DNA of 61,610 nucleotides, filler included, from Circinaria calcarea (Eukaryota): NCBI GenBank assembly GCA_051942165.1. It is 7 parts of 7 records of this genome, joined end to end, with 100 filler letters (N's around TTAATTAATTAA, not from the genome) between each part and the next. Parts side by side here need not be neighbours in the genome. Positions count along the whole stretch, not along the records: positions 44,089 to 52,800 come from JAVECS010001064.1; positions 52,901 to 61,610 come from JAVECS010001065.1; 5 more parts are not named here. One strand, 5' to 3'. Shown piece by piece: positions 51,401 to 59,704 of this stretch (position 1 is its first letter; each line of letters starts with the position of its first letter). The notes under the pieces were generated by a model. It saw only the letters and a program-made list of their open reading frames with translations, ran no database searches and was not told where the DNA came from. The position numbers and the translations under genes were made by a program.

Positions 51401-52292
51401 AGTTGCAAGTCCCGCTCAGATGATACAAACGATAGAACTGTTGGTCCGGAACGGCGCGTCTCTCGAGCCTGAGTCACATGCTCCCAGACATCGTTTGGCC
51501 CGTCAAAGTCCTTTGTTCTTAGCATGTATTTCCTTCGCGCCACCTGAGGTTGTCCACCTTCTTGCTAGTAACGCTCCCTCACAGATTAATGTTAAACAGC
51601 ATTGGGCGACTCCCATCTATACAATGGCTTCTACGAGTTATACTAGTGATGACGAAAGAGCGATTCGTATCTTGCTGGACTTGGGTGCAGATCCGGACAT
51701 AGAAACCGACCATAAGGGCCCTGGCTTCGAGTGCTGTTTAACGGCAACAGCAGGAGCGGTAATAAATGACAGCTGGGTTACTACAGAGCTTCTTCTGGAT
51801 CGCCATGCCAGTACAGAAATAGGAATAGCGGGAGGTCATCGACAGACATTGGCGCATCTATCTGTCTACCGAGCTTACATATTACAAGCACGTGGTCGTC
51901 CAGGAGAGGATAAGGGTGTAATATCACGCCTTAAAAGCCTTCTCGACCATCCTGTGGCTCAAAAAAGAGACCTTCTGAACGATGCAGATTATAAAGGTCT
52001 CACCCCTCTGGCTTATGCTATAATGTTCGGTCTTCCACACATTGTCAGGGTGTTCCTCGATCGAGGCGCAAGTGCAGAACCTCCTCCCAAAGCCAAACCT
52101 CTCCTACAACTAGTTAAAGTCCTTTACCGAGAGCCACCTAAGTTTGTCACGAATTGTGATGCTGATGCAGAGCCAGAACCTCATATGATAGAATCGGTAC
52201 GGCTACCTCCACGCAGCCTGTCAGAGTACAAGAAAAGCCTTGACGAAATTCGGTCCCTGCTTGCAATCAGCCTATCCGTTGGACCAAACTGA
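48495..52292 (+). CDS. protein kinase + short helical (SEL1-like) segment + ankyrin repeats
   Basis: LGEGTTYKV, VAAK, EVEIL, HGDVKQEN, DFELA, YNAPE, DVFSFG; small exons between about 49480 and 50000; then ankyrin repeats (LTPLHLAC, ISPLHWL, TPLARAA, GATALSLA, GLTPLAYA). Internal splice sites are approximate. Confidence 0.85.
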
Positions 52293-52639
52293 TGCGGACC
52301 GACACCGTCAGCCTGATACACTGGCTCGGAAGGTCTAGACCGTCTGGATCTAGAAAGTCTAAATCTACAATCGTTAGATTTAGAGAGTTTAGATCTAGCC
52401 AGTATAAATTTCTAAGGGTGACAAAATTATGGGATTTAAATACTAAACGAGCGCAGAGTAAATAAATAACCTATATAAAATTTATCGTTTTATATAATCA
52501 TTTAATTTATGTTTATTTGAATTAATTTAAATTTAAAAAATTTAAAAATTTAATTTAACCCCGTGTCTAAAATGTAATGGCGCACCCCGCAGGGCTGTGC
52601 CAAGAGATCTGAGCAGTACGCGGGCTAGGCGTACCGTTG

Positions 52640-52717
52640 GTACTGGACGTACTGGACGTACTGGACGTACTGGACGTGGGTTACGTCCACGACGTCCACG
52701 ACGTCCACGACGTCCAC
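52640..52717. repeat. two opposed 9-bp tandem arrays: (GTACTGGAC)4 and (GTCCACGAC)3+
   Basis: Read directly. The second unit's reverse complement (GTCGTGGAC) matches the first at 7/9 positions. Confidence 0.9.
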
Positions 52718-52800
52718 CCCTTTTGGGAAGGTTCGTGTAACCTCAGAAAGACCTATATAGTCTCAGTCCTTTCCGTAGTATTTGACCTGTGTGGTCAAGA

Positions 52801-52900
52801 NNNNNNNNNNNNNNNNNNNNNNNNNNNNNNNNNNNNNNNNNNNNTTAATTAATTAANNNNNNNNNNNNNNNNNNNNNNNNNNNNNNNNNNNNNNNNNNNN
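52801..52900. other. artificial contig spacer
   Basis: N44-TTAATTAATTAA-N44. Confidence 0.99.
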
Positions 52901-53335
52901 CACGGATCCAACCCAAGAGATATCAGATAGAGAATGCTCGAGTGTCGAAACATAATATGTCTGAAAGACACCGAACGAATTAATGTAACCCCAGGTATTA
53001 AAAATAACCAAGTGGGCAACGAGGGCTTGAGTCCAAGCTACAAGACCTCCATCAGGCGGTGGGCCAGGATCAGCGAGGCCCAGCTCCACTGCGATTTGTT
53101 TTTCAGGAGCAGAGGTGTCTTTCCGAGTCTGCTCTTGGAAACTGGACTCGGTGGAGAGAGTAGGGTCTGCGCCATTATAAGCAGCGGTTGCAGAAGCTGG
53201 GTGACGGTTGTTTTTCTCGAAGCCCATATCAGAACTTGGTTCATTCCGAGCGCTTGTTTTGGTTGGTGGAGGACAGCCGGACGACTGGTGATTGGCTGGC
53301 AAAAAGGCCCCGGCTTTTTCCTCTGGCGTCTCCAT
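52901..53335 (-). CDS. MFS monocarboxylate-transporter family (Mch-like) protein, 3' part lost at gap
   Basis: PPDGGLVAWTQALVAHLVIFNTWGYINSFGVFQTYY…SDISWVGSV is the characteristic MCT/Mch N-terminus. Confidence 0.9.
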
Positions 53336-54068
53336 TGACTAAGGAAGTGAGCGTGAAGGCGAGTACTCCGTATAAATGCTTAAAAGAGTGCTTAGGCGCG
53401 ACAAGTATGGACTTGTGAAAATTGGGAGAGAGAGTCAGAGTAAGGCAACATGATTCTGACTCATCCACATTCCGAAGAACCAGAGCAGAGCAACAGCGGG
53501 AGTTAATGGCCTTCGTCATTGCGTCGTTGGACTGTTCCACAACAGAAATGCGAGCTGCTGCGTTGAGCAGGCAGCTTGTCGATCCCTCATTACTCTGCAT
53601 CGATTGTTGCGATATTTCGGAATTCACCTCGGCCTCGGCTCGGCCTCGGCTCGGCCTCGGAATTCATCTCGGATTTACCGGACTTGGGATTTGACCGCGG
53701 ATCTTCTTACCACCAGTCCTGTTGAGCTCTCGTACCGAAAAGCTTCGAATTTTTCCTGCAGCGCATCCAACCTCGACTCGAAGCCGGGTACATCGAGGGC
53801 GGCAACGCTCTCGGAAAACCATGATTATCAAGTATGCAGCACTTGTGGGATCCGGTTATGGCCACTCCTTTCTATCACGATGATTATACAGCTCGGTAGA
53901 ATCGGACTTGGCTAGATTAAATCGGCTGTCATTGAGGTTAAAAGGCATCTGCAGTCCCAATTCTGTGTTCCAGAACATCCAAAAGCAATTAAAACGTCTT
54001 CTGAGCTACAAAGTCACTCCGTTTCTCCAAATATCTGATACCACTTGTATCTTTCAGTTAGCATCAAC

Positions 54069-54431
54069 ATGAAAATCAGCCAATACGCCGCGTTGGCTAT
54101 CTTCGCCGCCAGTCTTACAGCTGCTTTTCCCACCCCAAACGTTGGCGTCGAAACACGAAATGTGGGTGTCAGTGATCGCAATGTCAAAACTAGCGATGGT
54201 GCCTACAAGCGAAATGTAGGCGTCAGCGAAGAGAAGAGAAATGTCGGTGTCAGCGAGCGTAACGTTGGTGTTAGCGAGGCTGAAGCAGAGAAGAGAAATG
54301 TTGGCGTCAGCGGGCGCAACGTCGGCATCAGCGAAGAAGAGGCAGAGAAGAGAAATGTTGGCGTCAGTGGGCGCAACGTCGGCATCAGCGAAGCAGAAGC
54401 AGAGAAGAGAAATGTTGGCGTCAGCGAATAA
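54069..54431 (+). CDS. secreted Kex2-processed repeat protein (KEP); candidate RiPP precursor, 120 aa
   Basis: CAAC-ATG context; signal peptide MKISQYAALAIFAASLTAA; then ten NVG[V/I] units (nine NVG[V/I]S) separated by five KR sites, four monobasic (T/E/G)R sites and acidic spacers (EE, EAEAE, EEEAE); one variant unit DR-NVKTSDGAY. Confidence 0.92.
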   Translation: MKISQYAALAIFAASLTAAFPTPNVGVETRNVGVSDRNVKTSDGAYKRNVGVSEEKRNVGVSERNVGVSEAEAEKRNVGVSGRNVGISEEEAEKRNVGVSGRNVGISEAEAEKRNVGVSE

Positions 54432-55598
54432 GAAGAGGGCAAAGGCCTCTTCTCCTGATAGTGAGTTGTCTCGCCTTCTCTTCCGCTACTCACTACTTCT
54501 TGGCCCGTGGCTAACCTATCTCCAGTTTGCCAAGCATACTACCTCCTTACGACACTCGATTTTACGTGTTGTGTGTGCTGAAGGGCTTTGGGGACTTGGA
54601 CATGGATTTTGGGGGCCTCGAGATGCGGGAAAGGGGGTCGATGATGTCGTTTAGTAGAGCGCAGTGCTTTCTATTTTCTTCCCGATCAGAATCCAATACT
54701 GGACCGATCCTGGTTTCCCAACATCTACATGGGTTTTTTTGATGATCAAGTAATTTGCTATATCAAATGTGGCCCGGGTAATACTTAAAATAAGTACTTA
54801 ACTACTGCGGCGCTGTGATATATACACTCGATAAAGCACTCGTTTAATATGGACGTTAATAGGAATAAAGCACTTTGCTGGAGTTCCCGGTTGCACTTTT
54901 TTCCCCGCCAGGGGGGGTGGCTGAATATTAAGGTAACGTTATTAGGGGGCAAATAACAAAGCCCTACGTGTGTGTGCTCTGAATTATCGGCCTCCCGTCC
55001 CCAAAACTATAAAAGTGGGGAATAATTTATGATTCCAATACTCTGTATGGTAAGGGGGAACCCAAATCCCCCACCCAAAACTGAACTTCTAAAATTCCAT
55101 GTTCTGTTGCCAAAAAACCCCCCGCAAACCTTTTCTTTTTATTTATATAGGTAGCCGAGGAAAAACCCGCAAATAAAAGGTGCTTACCGACCACGTGATT
55201 GCGTGTCCCGGGAATTCCACAAGTCCAACGCTTTGCATCGATGCCGAACGCATTCGGGGTTTGGTAATACGGGACTGGGAAGATTAGCCAAAAAAACCCC
55301 CCCTTTTATATGATATGGTAACGATGTATATATGCGAGCTATCTTTTCCCGGTGGATATACGGGCAATTTCCGAAGGTTCTCTTTTTATCCTGGACGAGG
55401 CATAGATAGATACAACCGGGATCAAGAGCTTCTGTCAAAAAAAATCTCGGTCTCGAACGGTGAAATTGTATTTGATTTATAAAAAATCTCGGATTGACAT
55501 GTATACCGATCGACAACCGCTTTTTAATCTACTCATTCAGCCTTCATTCCCAAATCTTTAACTCCCCCCCCCCTACCCGTAGCTATTTCCATCTCCAG

Positions 55599-57480
55599 CT
55601 AAGCATCTTCAAACTCGCTCTCGGAATTTCCACCCACCAACTCGTAGGCACCGCCTTTACCGGCCGCCTCGCTCAGCTTGGTCGCCATGTAAATCGCCAT
55701 CAGAGCCACTATTCCGCCAGCCCGTAATACCCAGCCCGTGCTGCTCGCATTGTCTCCTCCTTCTTTGCTTCTGCCGCGCCCCGCGCTACTTTCCTCCTCT
55801 GTTCGTCCCAACAGCCAGAAAATAGCACTGCTTCCGAGGGCCGCCAACAGCTGTGGTGCCGCAATGGCCACGTTATGCAATCCCATTACAATACCAGGCT
55901 GACTATCGTAGCGGAGAAGAGACTTTTCGGCGTGAGGGGTAATTGGCTGGTTGAAGTTGTCGTTTATATGATTTCGGGAGAGAACAATGCTAAGAAGTGA
56001 GAACGGCACGAGCTGGGTGAGTGCGGCGCTGATGCCGAGGGTACCGACCAGAACGATAGCGGCGGTAACGCTGTTGACAAGAAAAGTGCTAAGCATGCAG
56101 ATTGCGAAGATGGCATGGGATAGAATCCAGAGGGTGCGAAGGGAAGTCCAGGGGTCGTGGAAGTAGTTTGAGCGGAGACGGCATGAAGTGGAGTGAATGG
56201 GTGTTATCGGTTTGATTGCTGAGATTACAATGGGAGCTATGATGCTGGTTAGGAGTTGTACGAAGGCGAAAATAAAGAGGGCGAGAGAGCCTTGTCGGTT
56301 GGCGCTTTCTTGGATAGCTTTGGGCTGGTAATAATTAGGTGCTAGGGCCGTGAAATGGGAATTTTGCATATCTGTTGATAATTAGTTTTTAAGCCTGGCT
56401 CAAGAGGTTGGAGTACATACAAATCTCGTTGATATATCTGCAGAAACATTCGACTTAGCATAACGGCCTGAAGAGTGTCATCCGGGCGTATGTCTCGGGG
56501 ATTGAAATGGAATTGGGCATAGCTCACGTTGTGATATAGTACATGAACGAGAACCATCCAACCCATGAGTAAAACTGCACCTTAAAGACCATCATAACCT
56601 GTGGATGCAGTTGAAAAAGACGTGCATAAATATGCTTGAACTTGCTGATCGTGCTCTTTAGGTCCTCTTCCAGGGGCTCGTTCTCGTTGGGATTTTGTTC
56701 ATCAATTAAGGCGCAGCACAGGCATACCGTAACCGCCAAACCACAAGATGCAAACGCACTAAGCTTTTGGAAACGTGCAGCAGTGGTTGAGTGCAAAAGG
56801 CGAGGGAGATCCAAAAAGCTGGAGCCGTAGCCGAGTAGGCTTCCGATACCAATCATCCGACTGGCCCATGCATTTGCAACTTCCACCTCTTCTGGAGCAC
56901 AGCTGTCGATAATGAGAGCTCGGAAACCACATTGTAACGGCTGAATGGAGAAGTTCAGAACCCAGACGAAAAGTGCTGCTGCAGTCAAGATCGCGGCTTG
57001 AACAGTATTTGACTCTATCCCTGCCCCATAGATGCACGCCATAGTTTCAACAGTTTCCTTCACCCACGCAAGTGCCAGGAGTGAACAGATTATTACAAAG
57101 GCCCCAGCAAGAATGAACGGCCTGCGCTTTCCCATGGAAATGCGACACTGATCGCTGCAGAGACCGAAATAGGGCTGTCCGATAACTCCAGCCAACGGGC
57201 CTGCTATCCACACAAGAGCCATGAGAGGTTTGCTGAATCCCAAGGACATGAGGTATGGCTGTCTTAGGTTAGCAGTGATACCAGATCATAGCTACAAATA
57301 CGTACCGATCCCAGTGCTATTTGAACAGAGAAGACGCCTTGTAAGCTATTTCCATTAGTTGAGCGAAATCACCCGCATCTTCTGCACAGCTTACCCTCCA
57401 AGGCCACTGGTGAGGGCAAGGAAGAACAGCGTCCTCCTGGCCCCCGACCGTGGTGCAAATCTTGTGAATCGTAAAACCAT
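55599..57480 (-). CDS. MFS sucrose/alpha-glucoside:H+ symporter family (Sut1/SLC45-like) transporter
   Basis: Spliced: LALTSGLG|GLQGVFSVQIALGS|PYLMSLG…VWIAGPLAGVIGQPYFGLCSD…GKRRPF, NFSIQPLQ…RALIID, QFYSWVGWF, GIVMGLHNVAIAAPQ; four GT-AG introns. A short additional 5' exon is possible. Confidence 0.9.
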
Positions 57481-58234
57481 AATTAAAGCATCAACAGACT
57501 CTTCCTGCCCGTTATCATATCCATACTGCAGCTAAAGGTATCTGGGGTAACACCCTTAAGATTTGGAAGTATGCAAACATGTCCACTGACCATACCGAGT
57601 CCGTGGGCCAATTGCCAATGGCTCTGAGCACTACCCATGCATGACTGAGAGAGCTTGCACCGAGTATCATGATTGGATTAGCTTCCGGATGCTCTGTTTA
57701 CTGTCTTCAATTCCGTCGCTTGGGTTATCTGCTAAAGTGCGTATGTAGGCCGTGTCGTCGGATTTCGGAACTACTGACTTTGTCGGAAGGATTTCCGGGG
57801 GAGCCGGCGACTTTGAATATTGAAGCTGCTTCGACGGAATTAGACAAGGAGAGACGGAACACCGTATGAACCAATGCCAACACTTTACGGAGTAGAGCAC
57901 CTCGGAAAAGACATCGGTGCTTTACTGAAGTTGACGGTCCGAGTCTTTTCTGTTATGACCGGTTGAATAATATGAGCCCCTATTTGACTAATCAGCTTCG
58001 GCATCGCACTCGCATCTTCTCTTATCTACGAGCAATAAATTCATTTAGTCCGCGTCTGTTTTCCGTTAAGATTTGTACGCTCCGAAGCTATAAACTGCTA
58101 CTTGATTTACAAGCCTCGAACTGCACCCTTCCACTGTTACTATCATAGCAGACGACAATATAACCTTTGCAGTCCAACTCAGTTTATATCACCAGTAGAC
58201 TGATCTATCCTACTCTAATCTCATTCGGAGTTTT

Positions 58235-58891
58235 ATGATGCCCAAGTGGCACGAGCAGGTTTATGAGAAAGTCAGTGGAGGAGAAGATGACTTTTCTATT
58301 GGAAGGAAAACGGGGAAAAGTATCTGGCAGATTCGTATCCGCTCTTTACTCGCAGGCATAGCGATCTCCATTCTCATGGCCGTTTGCGTCGGCGGTATCA
58401 TCTGGTGGCCCTCTCGCCTGCACTCTGCTCGCCCTCCTTCCGCCAAACTCGACCAATCTGGTGCGCCAGAAAGATATCGCTACCACTGCGGCCACTCAAT
58501 CGAGGAAGCGAAAGCACTGGGCTGCTCATGGGACTTGCTCGCTGCAGCCTGGCTTCGACCGGAATGCATCGACCAGGAATTGACGGACGGTTTTCGAGCA
58601 GACGGCCCGTGGCAATATTTTGCCGACAAAGACGGCACCGAGGAACTTCAGGAGGAGGAATTGCAGTACCGCGTTGGTGAGAATAAGACATATTACACGT
58701 CGCTCAAATACCATCGAACGCATTGTTCTTACCAGTGGAGGAAAATGCACCGTGCGATGGAGAGGGGATCGAGGATCGAAAACGCCCTGGCGGATTACCA
58801 TCATACTCTGCATTGTGGATATGTTTTCTTGATGGAGGGTGAGCTCTCGGACTTGTCGACTTTGATCTCGGTTGAGTTTATGTATTGTTAA
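58235..58891 (+). CDS. UstYa/DUF3328-like twin-HxxHC protein #1 (type II membrane anchor, 218 aa)
   Basis: Single N-terminal TM (LLAGIAISILMAVCVGGIIWW); CGHSIEEAKALGCSWD…W..PEC.D block; HRTHC (58712-58726) and HTLHC (58802-58816); C-terminal Cys. Confidence 0.75.
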   Translation: MMPKWHEQVYEKVSGGEDDFSIGRKTGKSIWQIRIRSLLAGIAISILMAVCVGGIIWWPSRLHSARPPSAKLDQSGAPERYRYHCGHSIEEAKALGCSWDLLAAAWLRPECIDQELTDGFRADGPWQYFADKDGTEELQEEELQYRVGENKTYYTSLKYHRTHCSYQWRKMHRAMERGSRIENALADYHHTLHCGYVFLMEGELSDLSTLISVEFMYC

Positions 58892-59704
58892 GGGGAAACA
58901 GAAAGTGCGGACAACGATATAGAAGGGTGTTAGGATCTTGTTGCTCGATGCTCTCCGTACTATCCACTCCACAATTATAGCAAAATATACTGGGCAGTCT
59001 GCGAACCGCAATAAATGAAAAATCCTGTCTGCTCGGTCCTGAAGCCCAAAAGCCTAATTATCTCCCTTTACTTCGGTACGCACCCAGCAGCATAATGTCG
59101 GGTGAGATTTGAAGCCGTTTAATGACGACAATTATGCATCTATGAACTGATCAAAGTGAAATTATATAAGCCATACTCGCATTAGGCATCCAGAATGATA
59201 TCACCCGTGCAGTGTTCGTACCTCACAAGTCCGAGGGATTACCAACAATTAAAGTTTACCACGGTCCGAGGCTACAGGTTTCGGAATTGCGAAGCTCGGG
59301 TCTTTCGGAATTTACAATAACGGCTATGCAAAGTACTTCTCCTAGTCGATTCCTGCTGTTGAGCTCCGCTTCCGGAATGTCGTCGGAAATCCGGTGTCCT
59401 CCCTCTTGGGGGAGGGGGGATTCTCGGTTCAAAAAGGGGGTACTCCGTAAAACGCATGATCTCACTCGTGGATCTTAGATTTCCTTACAACAAGTACTTC
59501 TGTTCGCCAACGAAGGGGTGGTATAGGTTAAGAGGGCGTCTGCAAACCTATTTTATTTCTATATACTTTTGCGGATCAATCGTATTTCAATACCGAGACC
59601 AAACTTTACCTGGTGGGTGCGTGTCCTCATCAATAATACCATAAGTCCCAAGGTCGCTATTGACCAAAAACGCTCTAAGCAGAAATCAGATCTCCGAAAC
59701 AATC

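Noticed and set aside
54069..54431. Alpha-factor-like mating pheromone precursor (KR sites, EAEA)
   Set aside because: The EA runs precede rather than follow KR, and the core lacks the Trp/Cys/GQPC-type residues of Pezizomycotina alpha-like pheromones. The neighbours are HxxHC oxidases. An unmodified structural or amyloid peptide role (Rep1-like) is not fully excluded.
33476..54431. PRM1 and the secreted repeat peptide as a mating-related locus
   Set aside because: They are on different, unlinked contigs.
54203..54654. Repetitive alternative-frame and antisense ORFs over the precursor (54241-54654 +, 54203-54493 -)
   Set aside because: Shadows of the precursor repeat; synonymous variation and the signal peptide support only the 54069 frame.
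54880..55580. Possible extra cluster gene (ORF 55184-55516) between precursor and sugar transporter
   Set aside because: Homopolymer-rich, low-quality-looking sequence with no recognisable motif. Worth resequencing but not callable.
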